Below, one piece after another: positions 53,766-62,741 of a stretch of 64,000 nt of DNA (positions within the stretch are counted from its first letter, which is position 1; each line of letters opens with the position of its first letter). This stretch comes from a virus. The DNA lies in IMG/VR virus record IMGVR_UViG_3300008262_000025, positions 1-64,000 of that record. One strand, 5' to 3'. Below the pieces are notes generated by a model. That model saw only the letters and a program-made list of their open reading frames with translations, did not search any database and was not told the origin of the DNA. The position numbers and the translations under genes are program-made.

Positions 53766-54706
53766 TCTACAAAAGTTGATTTTAAAAATTCAGTTACTTT
53801 AAGTATTTGTACATCTTCAATTATAGGACTAAATAAAAATTGCGAATTTTCAAGAAAAGTATAAATCTCTGAGGATTCTTCTACTATAAATTGACAATTA
53901 TTGTGCAACGTAAAAGAATCATTCATAGATATTAATTCAAACATTCTTACTAGAGATTCATGTTCTAAAACTGATTGTAAATTAGATAAATACAACATTC
54001 CAGTTTTTATAAAAACAGTAAATACAATAGAACATAAAGATACTATAATTTTTAGTTCTTTATCTTCATCAATAGTAATAGATGTTGAAGTGTACGCAAA
54101 TCTTACACTTAGTTCATTTTCATCATTAAAAAATATTTCATTAACATTATAACCTAAATATTTAAAAAAGTCAATAAGAAAAAGTTTGTAGGTTTCAAAA
54201 TCTTTTATCATATTGATACTTATATCAAAATATTTATCAACTTGTATTTGATTTAAACAATCAAATGTAAAAATATTATTGAAATAATCAGATAGTTTTT
54301 CTGGTATTTCTGGTACAAATTTACCAGAATTTTTTGTTCTGATATTTATATCATTTAATATTTCTTTTACTATTCCATTTTCATTAAAGATTAAATGGTA
54401 ATTTACAAGTTCATAATTACTTTTTTCACTGTCATAATAATAAAACTCAATGTTAATTTTTGAATTGTTATTAGGACAATGAACTGATTTACAAATATCT
54501 GGAAAATATTCCGTATTCATATAACTTAATAATACAAAAGAAAGTAATATACCAGTAGCTTTTAAATCGTTTTCTGAAGTTACTAGCATCATATTATAAA
54601 GATTTTCATTATTAAGCTTTGTTGTAGTTTTTTTATTGACTTTAGCGTCAAAATGCATTTGAAAACTTAAATATGCTATGTTAGCAACTTTTATACTTTT
54701 TATCAT
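53750..54706 (-). CDS. Second degenerate ABC-type ATPase paralog
   Basis: MIKSIKVAN..SF start, IEFY...YHL......IV.E.L, C-terminal TGMLYLSNLQSVLEH..L..MFEL...NNCQFIVE; no Walker A or B. Confidence 0.5.
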   Translation of the reverse strand: MIKSIKVANIAYLSFQMHFDAKVNKKTTTKLNNENLYNMMLVTSENDLKATGILLSFVLLSYMNTEYFPDICKSVHCPNNNSKINIEFYYYDSEKSNYELVNYHLIFNENGIVKEILNDINIRTKNSGKFVPEIPEKLSDYFNNIFTFDCLNQIQVDKYFDISINMIKDFETYKLFLIDFFKYLGYNVNEIFFNDENELSVRFAYTSTSITIDEDKELKIIVSLCSIVFTVFIKTGMLYLSNLQSVLEHESLVRMFELISMNDSFTLHNNCQFIVEESSEIYTFLENSQFLFSPIIEDVQILKVTEFLKSTFVEWKKN

Positions 54707-56151
54707 ACTAATATACTTACATGAGTTTGAGCTCTAGTTACAGCAGTATATAAACTTTGTAATTTCTCTTTACGTGTTATTGGTTTTACATTAAGAATAT
54801 CTCTAAAATTTACAAATACTTTATTATAAGTATCTCCTTGTACTACATAGGTATTAACTACATAAGCAGGATCAAAAGGAATAAAGAAGTCATCTATTTG
54901 AAAATAGTCTTTCCAATCTTCTTTAACTTTTTGACATCTATTGTAGATTAAACCTTTAAAGTAATTAAATTTTTTATTAAAAGAATTATCAATTACTGGA
55001 ATTTTAAATTCTAAAGGATTACCTTGAATATCAGCTAGTGATAAGTAGTAACCATCAATAAAAACAACGGTTGAGTTTTTAAATTTTTCATTAATATATC
55101 TTTCAGAATCATTTTCAGACATTTCAAAACAAGTGATTAATTTACCTTCTTTTGTACAAACAAATACGAATTTTGTGTATTCTTTTTTAAGAATGGTATA
55201 TAAAGAGTTGTTTTGAATTATTAAAATATTATCTAAAAAATAAGAAGCTTTAGCTACTATCTTTTCACCAATAGTGTAAGGCTTATCTGTATTTAATATT
55301 TGCTTTTTAAAATATAAATTATCATTGTAAGCTGTTTCGTTTTTATAACAAACAACTACACAATTTTTAAGAGTATCTGATGATTTAAAACAATTAATTG
55401 CTTGTTCTTTAAAGTCATCTTCATTTCTATAAAATTTATAAGAATCAGATTCTTTGTTTACAAAGTTTAGAAGAAACTTAAAATCACACTCTCCAGTGTC
55501 ATTAAATTTATCTATTTCTAAAGCAATTGCATTTGCTAGATCTTCTAATTCACCTTCATATCTAAAAGGAATATTAAGATTAACATGTGGTATATCAAAT
55601 GTCAAAGAATCTTTATTTGTATTCTTTTGATCATCTTCAATAGGTGGAGTTTGATGTGAATCTCCTAAGTAAATAATTATAGCATCAGTTTTCTTGTATA
55701 AATCAATTAAACTTTTAGTCTTTTTATTTATTTGACTACATTCATCTATAATTATTATATCAGCATACTTAATAGGAGGTGTAACTTTCTTAGTTTTACC
55801 ATTAATTATTTTATAAGAATCATCAGGTAAAAAATCAATATCTCCAGTTAAAGGGTCAATAACCTTCTTTAACTGTAACATTGAAGCCACAGTCATTACT
55901 TCTATTTCATTACCTAAAGTTTTCTTTAAAACATTTTTAGCAGAATGAGAAATAGCTGCACCTATAATTATTAAATTCTTTTTAGCTAAATCAGACTTAA
56001 TAAGATCCGTTAGTTTCTTGGCTGAATAAGTTTTACCTACTCCAGCTTTACCAAAAAAACCTACTTCTTTATTACCTTCTTTATATAAATCAAATAATTG
56101 TTCTATTTTCTTTTGCTGATCTTCTTGAGCTTTTAGTTGTTGATCAGTCAT
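54703..56151 (-). CDS. Dda/RecD-like SF1B helicase
   Basis: GKAGVGKT, IIIDECS, GD..Q.PP, QGDTY, LYTAVTRA. Confidence 0.92.
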   Translation of the reverse strand: MTDQQLKAQEDQQKKIEQLFDLYKEGNKEVGFFGKAGVGKTYSAKKLTDLIKSDLAKKNLIIIGAAISHSAKNVLKKTLGNEIEVMTVASMLQLKKVIDPLTGDIDFLPDDSYKIINGKTKKVTPPIKYADIIIIDECSQINKKTKSLIDLYKKTDAIIIYLGDSHQTPPIEDDQKNTNKDSLTFDIPHVNLNIPFRYEGELEDLANAIALEIDKFNDTGECDFKFLLNFVNKESDSYKFYRNEDDFKEQAINCFKSSDTLKNCVVVCYKNETAYNDNLYFKKQILNTDKPYTIGEKIVAKASYFLDNILIIQNNSLYTILKKEYTKFVFVCTKEGKLITCFEMSENDSERYINEKFKNSTVVFIDGYYLSLADIQGNPLEFKIPVIDNSFNKKFNYFKGLIYNRCQKVKEDWKDYFQIDDFFIPFDPAYVVNTYVVQGDTYNKVFVNFRDILNVKPITRKEKLQSLYTAVTRAQTHVSILV

Positions 56152-56157
56152 AATAAA

Positions 56158-56421
56158 TTAATCTGATATTAATTTGCTATCATAAGTTTTAGCAATCTCG
56201 TAATCTTTATCTCCTGATAGAGGATGGACATTAATTACTCTTTTTTCTACAATAATAGTTTTACCGTCTAGATCTTTTCCTTCTTTTACTATTGTAATTC
56301 TTCTATTAATAGATGAACTAAAAATGTTACTTTCACCAGTTACCATTTTTCTATAAGTATAATCAAGATCATTAAATCTTTTTTGAGATTTCATCATATT
56401 TTTGTAACTATTTTTTGACAT
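56158..56421 (-). CDS. Hypothetical protein
   Basis: 87-aa ORF. Confidence 0.55.
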   Translation of the reverse strand: MSKNSYKNMMKSQKRFNDLDYTYRKMVTGESNIFSSSINRRITIVKEGKDLDGKTIIVEKRVINVHPLSGDKDYEIAKTYDSKLISD

Positions 56422-56422
56422 A

Positions 56423-57235
56423 TTACATTGTTTTTAAAATTATATAATGATCTCCTTTCTTGTTTTTAAATTGAAGACCTTTACCTTTAATCCTTATTTT
56501 TTGATTATTTTTAATTTTATCAGGAAGTTTTACATCAACTTTCCCATCTACAGTTTCAACTCTCACTGTAGAGTTAGCATCAGTACTATATAATTTTAGT
56601 TCTGAGATTACTGCAGGTTGATCGTTTTCAACTTTTTCAATCCAAAACTCTTCTCCTTTTTTATAAATAGGTTTTATTATTAAATTACCCATTGGAAGAT
56701 TTTTTATTAAATCTCCAAAAGTATAATAAACTAAATTACCATCTTCATTCATTACGTCTGCTGTAATATTAACCTCAATCATTACATCTTGATATAATAC
56801 TCCAATATTACCACAATTAGAACATCCTTGGTTTTTACACTCTTCACAGGATATCCTTCTTGTATACATTACCATTGTTTTAAAAGTATCATTAATTTGT
56901 TGAACTGTCAGTTCCATATCTATTACAATATCAACTGAAGGTCTTCTTTTCATCCTTTTCTTTACGTTAAAAGTATTAATACTTTCTATAAATTCATCTG
57001 AATCGTAATAAGGACGTGGTGCATTTAAATACTTTACATACTCCTCTTGATGTTTTTTTATATAATCATGAGCAGAATTAATTTTTTTAAATGTCTCTTC
57101 ATCTCCACCTTTCTTGTCTGGATGATGTTCAATTGCGAGTTGTTTAAAAGTAGATTTTAATTTTTCATCATTTAAAGAATCTACAAGACTTAGTTTAAGA
57201 ATTTTACAAGATTCTTCATAGGTTTTAAGAAACAT
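56423..57235 (-). CDS. dnaJ: DnaJ-like co-chaperone
   Basis: J domain HHPDK..GD...FK.I..A; reduced CxxC..CxxCG zinc finger; C-terminal RIKGKG...GDHY. Confidence 0.88.
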   Translation of the reverse strand: MFLKTYEESCKILKLSLVDSLNDEKLKSTFKQLAIEHHPDKKGGDEETFKKINSAHDYIKKHQEEYVKYLNAPRPYYDSDEFIESINTFNVKKRMKRRPSVDIVIDMELTVQQINDTFKTMVMYTRRISCEECKNQGCSNCGNIGVLYQDVMIEVNITADVMNEDGNLVYYTFGDLIKNLPMGNLIIKPIYKKGEEFWIEKVENDQPAVISELKLYSTDANSTVRVETVDGKVDVKLPDKIKNNQKIRIKGKGLQFKNKKGDHYIILKTM

Positions 57236-57623
57236 TTTTTTCTTTTTTAATTAATTTTATAATTATAGGATTCATTTCCAATCTAATAATAAAACCAACT
57301 ATAGAAGCTATAGTGTTTGGAGTTTCTAAACTATCAGTAATTGGCATAAATCTATTTTCAAAACTTTCATAATAATTAGCTTTTTCACTTGTCGTAATAT
57401 AACAATCAGGATCTACTTCAAACCTTCCTAAATTTGGAACAAATATCTCAGGATGAGTAGAATTCCAAAAAGAATTATTTTTTCGATAGTAATTATATAC
57501 TCCTGATTTAGGAAATATTTCATTAGCAAACAATCTAATTAAACCTATAACATTATTATAAGCATCTACTTTATAAGCAATACAATCTCTAATTATTTTT
57601 ATATAACCGTGAGTATTATTCAT
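57225..57623 (-). CDS. Hypothetical protein
   Basis: Start moved to MNNTHG because the longer ORF overlaps the tRNA-like element. Confidence 0.55.
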   Translation of the reverse strand: MNNTHGYIKIIRDCIAYKVDAYNNVIGLIRLFANEIFPKSGVYNYYRKNNSFWNSTHPEIFVPNLGRFEVDPDCYITTSEKANYYESFENRFMPITDSLETPNTIASIVGFIIRLEMNPIIIKLIKKEKNVS

Positions 57624-57636
57624 TATCTTATTGTTT

Positions 57637-57684
57637 TGAGCGATGGAGAGATTCGAACTCTCCATACTCCCTATGAGTATCGCT
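57637..57684 (-). ncRNA. Mini tRNA-like structure (acceptor stem + T-arm, no D or anticodon arm)
   Basis: Minus strand AGCGAT-ACTC-ATAGG-GAGT-AT-GGAGAG-TTCGAAT-CTCTCC-ATCGCT-CA: canonical T-loop, 6+6 bp acceptor/T helix, one short hairpin. Confidence 0.6.
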
Positions 57685-58528
57685 ATAGAAGATTACAGAG
57701 CTCCATAGCTCTAATTAATCTTGTAATTCCAACTCCAGCACCAACTCTTGGAAAGAATTTGTTGCTAAGAAATTCATTTAATTCATTTATTACTCTTTCA
57801 TATCCAAATAAGTCAAATAGCTTTTCAGCATATTTACCATCTTCAATATTAAAGAATGTATCTCTCATTTGTTCAACATTACAAGAACGTTCAGCTGAAC
57901 CAATAGTTTCTTGACCACAAAGAATAACATCTATTTTTTTAGAGTTACCGTTATTGTATCTTTTCATATTCCAGAATGGATTAGTTCTTTCTGGGAAGTT
58001 CATTATAAATAAAGCATTTGAAATAGTTTCACCTAGCTCGTTTTCTAATTCAGAATTAATAATATCTACATCATAAGTTTGACATATATCTTCATAATTC
58101 ATCATTTTATAATCATCAAATCCTAAGAAATCAAGTAATTCAGTTTCAACTAAATGAAGATCTGTCATATCACCTGGAAACTCAAATTCAAACATTGGAA
58201 AGATCATACAATGACGACCTTCTATTGGATTCTTTTCTGCTCTGTATGAGGTACTGAGACAATAAAAACCTGGTACTTCAGGATTGTTTAATAATTCGTG
58301 TTCAAGCCACATTTGACCAGTTTGAGGTAATGGCCATACCTTACCCGCATAATCGTATGTACGAACATTAAACGGGTCTTCACAAGCTGCAAGAATAGAT
58401 AATCTATTCTGAGTGTGTACTTCTAAAAATCCTTTTTCATCAAAGAATTGTCTTAATTTTTTTACAACTTTTGTAAATTTATCAGCATCAATATGCGGAT
58501 AAAAAGAAGAGTGTAATGAGTGCTTCAT
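57683..58528 (-). CDS. Class IIb aaRS (AsnRS/AspRS-like) catalytic-domain-only paralog
   Basis: Motif 1 LR.FF...GFLEV, LPQTGQ..LE, motif 2 SYRAE....GRH...F...EFE, ETIGSAER, motif 3 GAGVG.TRL; no N-terminal OB domain. Confidence 0.88.
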   Translation of the reverse strand: MKHSLHSSFYPHIDADKFTKVVKKLRQFFDEKGFLEVHTQNRLSILAACEDPFNVRTYDYAGKVWPLPQTGQMWLEHELLNNPEVPGFYCLSTSYRAEKNPIEGRHCMIFPMFEFEFPGDMTDLHLVETELLDFLGFDDYKMMNYEDICQTYDVDIINSELENELGETISNALFIMNFPERTNPFWNMKRYNNGNSKKIDVILCGQETIGSAERSCNVEQMRDTFFNIEDGKYAEKLFDLFGYERVINELNEFLSNKFFPRVGAGVGITRLIRAMELCNLL

Positions 58529-58586
58529 TCAAATAATTTTAATCATTAACAATTTTAAATCTCTTTAATTAATCTTTTCGATTATG

Positions 58587-58594
58587 CAAAGTTA
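58587..58594 (-). promoter_or_regulatory. Bacteroidota -7 promoter element (TAACTTTG) upstream of the aaRS-like gene
   Basis: TAACTTTGCA in the 82-nt intergenic gap. Confidence 0.6.
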
Positions 58595-58610
58595 AGAAAT
58601 TAATAAATAA

Positions 58611-59279
58611 TTATAGTAACAATTTATCAGTTTCCCAAGCTTTTAACGTGTGTTCGAAGGGGTTACCTTCTATTTCTGAAACTAATTTTAGCATCTCTTG
58701 TGCTATCTCTCTAATTTCAAGTTGAGCATGTTCTGAATTTCTAAGTTTAAGAAAGTTAGCAAAACTTCTCATATTAAACGATACATCAGATTGTATCTGA
58801 GAGTTATACGTTTTAAAATATCTTGCTGATTCTTTTGCTCTTTTTCTACCAAGTATAGGAGTTAATTGCTCAAGACATTGATGGTAAAGTTTATTACCTT
58901 GTTTTGTATATTTTTCCAAAATTAATTGCCAATCTTCACCTATCAAAGGATCTAATTCACTATCTCCAGCATTACTCCAATCTTGAGGAATATAAAACTT
59001 ATCTTCTTTTAACTCTTTATATCTTGCACTTTCTGCATTAAGACTTGAGATTCTATGCTTTAATAAATGTATATGTGATGCAATATCACAATCAACAAGA
59101 AAATGAACTATACCTTTTTCAAAAGGTGTTTCATGTCCTTCTGACCAAAGCATATTTATTAGTTTAGGAATTCTATCTTTTTTATCTTCTGTTAGTTCTC
59201 TTGATGTAGATGTCCAAGCTGAACATGCTATTATTTCATCAGAACCGTAATGTCCAATTAATTCTACTTTATTTTTCAT
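58611..59279 (-). CDS. thyX: Flavin-dependent thymidylate synthase
   Basis: GHETPFE, HLLKHR..S.N.ESARY, N.RS..NFL.LR...HAQ.EIR. Confidence 0.93.
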   Translation of the reverse strand: MKNKVELIGHYGSDEIIACSAWTSTSRELTEDKKDRIPKLINMLWSEGHETPFEKGIVHFLVDCDIASHIHLLKHRISSLNAESARYKELKEDKFYIPQDWSNAGDSELDPLIGEDWQLILEKYTKQGNKLYHQCLEQLTPILGRKRAKESARYFKTYNSQIQSDVSFNMRSFANFLKLRNSEHAQLEIREIAQEMLKLVSEIEGNPFEHTLKAWETDKLLL

Positions 59280-59280
59280 A

Positions 59281-59589
59281 CTAAATAAATATTTTCTTTT
59301 TAACAATAATGGGAAATACTTCTACCATTACCGTGTGATATTGAAGAGGATCCACTTTATGATTAACAAATAATTTATTAACTTTAAATATAATATTCTT
59401 TGGATCTATACCATGATTTATATATCTCATGTAAAACTTATTATCCTTTTTAAAGATACCTCCAGCACTAAACAAACCATCGTATTCACTTTGATCAATA
59501 ATTTGTTCAAAGTTTTTTTGTTCGTTATTACATAAAAAAATGACTTCCCGAAGGAAGCCATTCTCATCTTTTTCTTGTTTGATTAACAT
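59281..59589 (-). CDS. Hypothetical protein
   Basis: 102-aa ORF abutting its neighbours. Confidence 0.55.
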   Translation of the reverse strand: MLIKQEKDENGFLREVIFLCNNEQKNFEQIIDQSEYDGLFSAGGIFKKDNKFYMRYINHGIDPKNIIFKVNKLFVNHKVDPLQYHTVMVEVFPIIVKKKIFI

Positions 59590-59942
59590 TATATAAATAT
59601 GTAATTTTCTATAAAAACTTTTTCGTTTTTTATTTCATTTAAATAATCATCAAAATGTTCTTTGTAATAATTCATTTTAGAATCTAATTCTGTTGAATTA
59701 ATTACAATTTCTCTAGAGCTAAGAGCATCAGATCTATTTAAAATGATGATCATCATTTCTTTTTTTGAGTTTTCAAAATCAAATAAGAACTGATCTTTTA
59801 TTGTATAATCTTCATCTTCTAATTCAAATTCGTCATCATCAACATTATACTTTCTTTTAATGTGTTCTGATAAGCATTTACTACATTCAGATTCAAAATC
59901 TTTATTAATATTAATTTCTTTATTAAGATGTTTACACCACAT
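59589..59942 (-). CDS. Hypothetical protein (CxH...CxxC, possible Zn binding)
   Basis: MWCKH...CSKC. Confidence 0.55.
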   Translation of the reverse strand: MWCKHLNKEININKDFESECSKCLSEHIKRKYNVDDDEFELEDEDYTIKDQFLFDFENSKKEMMIIILNRSDALSSREIVINSTELDSKMNYYKEHFDDYLNEIKNEKVFIENYIFI

Positions 59943-59944
59943 AC

Positions 59945-60136
59945 TTAAATACGTTTGTTTTCATTATCATTATTATATTTGTCTTTAAGTTCATCTCTGC
60001 AGATATGGCAAACTATAGAATCAATGCACATAAAATTTACCACAAACCATCTTGCTAGATGAGAACAATATTTACCAATCTTGGTTTTATGTTGTCTAGT
60101 TTTCATTATAACTGTAAAATTCTTCTTCTTTATCAA
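59945..60136 (-). CDS. Small hypothetical protein with CxxC
   Basis: 63 aa, CSH...CHIC; fills the gap (true start may be 60106). Confidence 0.45.
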   Translation of the reverse strand: MIKKKNFTVIMKTRQHKTKIGKYCSHLARWFVVNFMCIDSIVCHICRDELKDKYNNDNENKRI

Positions 60137-60383
60137 TAGCTGGATATATTTCTATATTATCCAAATCTAGAATAGGCTTTTTAAAAGCTTTCTTTATTTC
60201 TTTAAATTCATCATCTAAAACTTCTTCAGAATAGATTTCTTTTAAAATACCTTCTTCTGACCAACCTACAATATTATTTTCATTGTCATAATAAACTTCT
60301 GCAATAAAATACTTTGTAGTTTCAATATCAAAATCATCAACTTCTTTTTGTTTACATCTTCTGTAATTCCAATAACCTATCAT
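60096..60383 (-). CDS. Conserved phage hypothetical protein
   Basis: WNYR...I.EVYYD....GW...A..KP.L pattern common in phage small proteins. Confidence 0.65.
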   Translation of the reverse strand: MIGYWNYRRCKQKEVDDFDIETTKYFIAEVYYDNENNIVGWSEEGILKEIYSEEVLDDEFKEIKKAFKKPILDLDNIEIYPAIDKEEEFYSYNEN

Positions 60384-60394
60384 AACTTATATTG

Positions 60395-60850
60395 TTATTT
60401 TAAAGAATACGGCTGTTTTTCTATAAAAGTTAAATGTTTGTATGGATCAAAAATATTGTAAAGTCTATAACCTTTATCGTCAGAATGAAAACCAGCAAAA
60501 CCTAAATCATATAAGATTTCCATTACAAACTTTTCTTCAATAAGTATAGCATTATCTACACCTTTTAACTGAGTTAAATAATCTTTTATATTATACTCAC
60601 GATCATTTATATGAAAATACATAGGTAATCCAGTAGATAATATGAATTGATGCATATTATTCCAAGGATTAAACATCTTTTTCTTATCAGTAAATATTGA
60701 GTATTTGCCTATATAAGGATCAGTTAAAGTTTCTTTTGGTGAAAAATCTATAAAATCTTCCATGTATCTTTTGTTTTTAGAAAGACTAACTAGTAGTAAT
60801 TCACTTTCTATTGCTTCATTTCCATCAGGTAAAGCTAAATAACCTATCAT
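60395..60850 (-). CDS. Hypothetical protein
   Basis: 151-aa ORF. Confidence 0.55.
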   Translation of the reverse strand: MIGYLALPDGNEAIESELLLVSLSKNKRYMEDFIDFSPKETLTDPYIGKYSIFTDKKKMFNPWNNMHQFILSTGLPMYFHINDREYNIKDYLTQLKGVDNAILIEEKFVMEILYDLGFAGFHSDDKGYRLYNIFDPYKHLTFIEKQPYSLK

Positions 60851-60912
60851 TTTTATTGTTTTAAATTGTTAAAAATCCAACAATTTAATAAAATAATTAT
60901 TAATACTAACAG

Positions 60913-61200
60913 TTATATTTCAACTTTAGCATATATTTTTTTAGTCCAACCAATCATAAAATTTTTACCATCGTTAATTTGTACTCCTCTTGCTGCATTC
61001 TTTTTTGATACAACCCCATATTTATAAGATTTATCAGACTTATATAGTACCATATCACCTTCTGCTGCAGTTTCTAAACTACAAGGTACTAATTTAATCT
61101 TTTGATTAAGTCTTATTCTAGGTTCAAGAGTGTTATTCGTTATCTTTACAAAAACTTCGTTATTAGTTTGCAATTCTTTTATAATATCTTCTTTATTCAT
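60913..61200 (-). CDS. S24/S26 peptidase-like protein, catalytic residues apparently lost
   Basis: NNTLEP.I..NQ (cf. GNSM.P.I..GQ), GD.VL.K, IGWT..IY.KV. Confidence 0.5.
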   Translation of the reverse strand: MNKEDIIKELQTNNEVFVKITNNTLEPRIRLNQKIKLVPCSLETAAEGDMVLYKSDKSYKYGVVSKKNAARGVQINDGKNFMIGWTKKIYAKVEI

Positions 61201-61211
61201 ATCTATAAAAT

Positions 61212-61248
61212 AAAAAGCAGCTAAAGCTTTTACACTTTAACTGCTTTT
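61212..61248 (-). terminator. Intrinsic terminator after the AAA ATPase gene
   Basis: Minus strand aaaagcagttaaag...ctttagctgcttttt. Confidence 0.75.
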
Positions 61249-61254
61249 AGTTAA

Positions 61255-62454
61255 TTAGAATGTATTTTTTTTACTTTTAAACTTATGTTCAAACACAAAG
61301 TTTACATCATTTCTACATGATACTTTAATTAAATCGTGATTGTTAAAATCAATGCTTTCAATAATCATATCACTATCCTCATGACTTTCATAATTAAGGA
61401 TTAGTGAACAACTTGAATAATTATTGCTACTAGCATAATTGTAATCATCTAGTGTCATCAATTGATTATCCATAACATAGGTTTTAACTTGTTCTCTATC
61501 TTCTCTGCTCAAATCACCAAAATATCCGTGCTTAAATATTTTTGCTGTTGCTAAATTTAAAACACGCATTAAAGAACTATGTTGAGTACGGAATATATCT
61601 ATATATAATTGATCATCATGTAAATTAGTATAAACTTCATTACATTTATATAATGAATCGCCAAATTTCTCATGCGTTACATAATGTGAAGCCTCAGAAG
61701 AAACGTTAAGATGTTTTACAACTGACTTAGCGTCTTCTTCAAATAAATTCATATCTTTAATAATAGTAATAAGTATATCAAATGTTACAATACCTAATTT
61801 TTTAAGTTGTTTAAGTAAATCATCCCTATTATCTTTATTGATGAGTAAATCATCAATTACCTCATTAATAGTATTTAGTTCTAAATTCTCATAATGTTTT
61901 CTGTATTTAATTCTACCTGGTCTGTTAATCATAAAATCACTTACGAGATTAACATCGTTAACTGTAACTAGAAATACTAGCTTAGTAGTTAAATTACCAT
62001 CGAATAATGATAAGAGATCAATAGGCATTTTATCCTTAGGATAAATCTTTTCGAACTCATCAATAAATACAATACATTCTTCAAATACAGGACTAGATAA
62101 AAATTCTATAAAGTTTGATCCGTAAAAAGCTTCTGTTAATATTAAAACAGGCTTCTTAGAGTCTACACAAAACTTTTGAGCAAGAATTGTTTTACCTGAA
62201 CCCTTAAGACCACTTAAGAGTATACCTAAATTCTTATGTGAATTTTGTTCATAAGATTTTAACCATCTTTCAGTTATAGACACATCACCATACACTTTGG
62301 ACGGTAATTTAAAACCAGTTGTTTCTACAAGATAGAATTCATTATTTCTATCCTGTTTAATCAAATAATTTTTAGGTCCAACATTACTGAGTTTGTCACC
62401 TATACCTGATACGGAACCAATTCTTATTTGGCCATCACCTAATTTGTAAAGCAT
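61255..62454 (-). CDS. AAA ATPase
   Basis: GLKGSGKT, FIDEFEK, LSLFDG, NRPGRIKY. Confidence 0.9.
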   Translation of the reverse strand: MLYKLGDGQIRIGSVSGIGDKLSNVGPKNYLIKQDRNNEFYLVETTGFKLPSKVYGDVSITERWLKSYEQNSHKNLGILLSGLKGSGKTILAQKFCVDSKKPVLILTEAFYGSNFIEFLSSPVFEECIVFIDEFEKIYPKDKMPIDLLSLFDGNLTTKLVFLVTVNDVNLVSDFMINRPGRIKYRKHYENLELNTINEVIDDLLINKDNRDDLLKQLKKLGIVTFDILITIIKDMNLFEEDAKSVVKHLNVSSEASHYVTHEKFGDSLYKCNEVYTNLHDDQLYIDIFRTQHSSLMRVLNLATAKIFKHGYFGDLSREDREQVKTYVMDNQLMTLDDYNYASSNNYSSCSLILNYESHEDSDMIIESIDFNNHDLIKVSCRNDVNFVFEHKFKSKKNTF

Positions 62455-62456
62455 TT

Positions 62457-62741
62457 TTAATCTTGTTTGTCGGTTTGTAAATTTTGATTCATAGCTAAAC
62501 TTTCGTTATAAGTTTTAAAGAAATCATTAAAAATAACGGATGCTAAAATAAATGATAAATCATCTCTTGTAACATCAGTATTAACTATAGTTTCTAATAC
62601 TTGCGTAAAAGATAAACTTTCGTTACTTTTTATTAAAGTATCAATTGAAGACTCAATTAATGCTCCTTTGACCTCAAGTTGATCAAAATCTTCTTCAGAA
62701 ATACCTAAATTAGGTTCATCAAATTTAAAATTCGTTTCCAT
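62457..62741 (-). CDS. Hypothetical protein, paralog of 62741..63073
   Basis: Shared NFK...LGI..E....L.VK...S..Q..E...NTD.T...L...LA pattern. Confidence 0.6.
   Translation of the reverse strand: METNFKFDEPNLGISEEDFDQLEVKGALIESSIDTLIKSNESLSFTQVLETIVNTDVTRDDLSFILASVIFNDFFKTYNESLAMNQNLQTDKQD

Noticed and set aside
57600-57720. A canonical full-length tRNA gene
   Set aside because: No D-arm, anticodon arm or upstream acceptor strand at tRNA spacing; reported as a mini tRNA-like element instead.
668-57914. Short antisense or nested ORFs in the track (e.g. 668-859, 4105-4338, 16095-16286, 18560-18796, 29375-29677, 32570-32752, 38116-38301, 43476-43694, 44599-44826, 50546-50734, 52373-52662, 53901-54152, 57609-57914)
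   Set aside because: They lie within or across longer, well-supported genes, and most have the F/L/S/I-rich composition of shadow frames.
60371-60850. Two adjacent genes both start ATGATAGGTTATT (MIGY)
   Set aside because: Only 13 nt of AT-rich identity and no further similarity; too weak to call a cassette recombination site.
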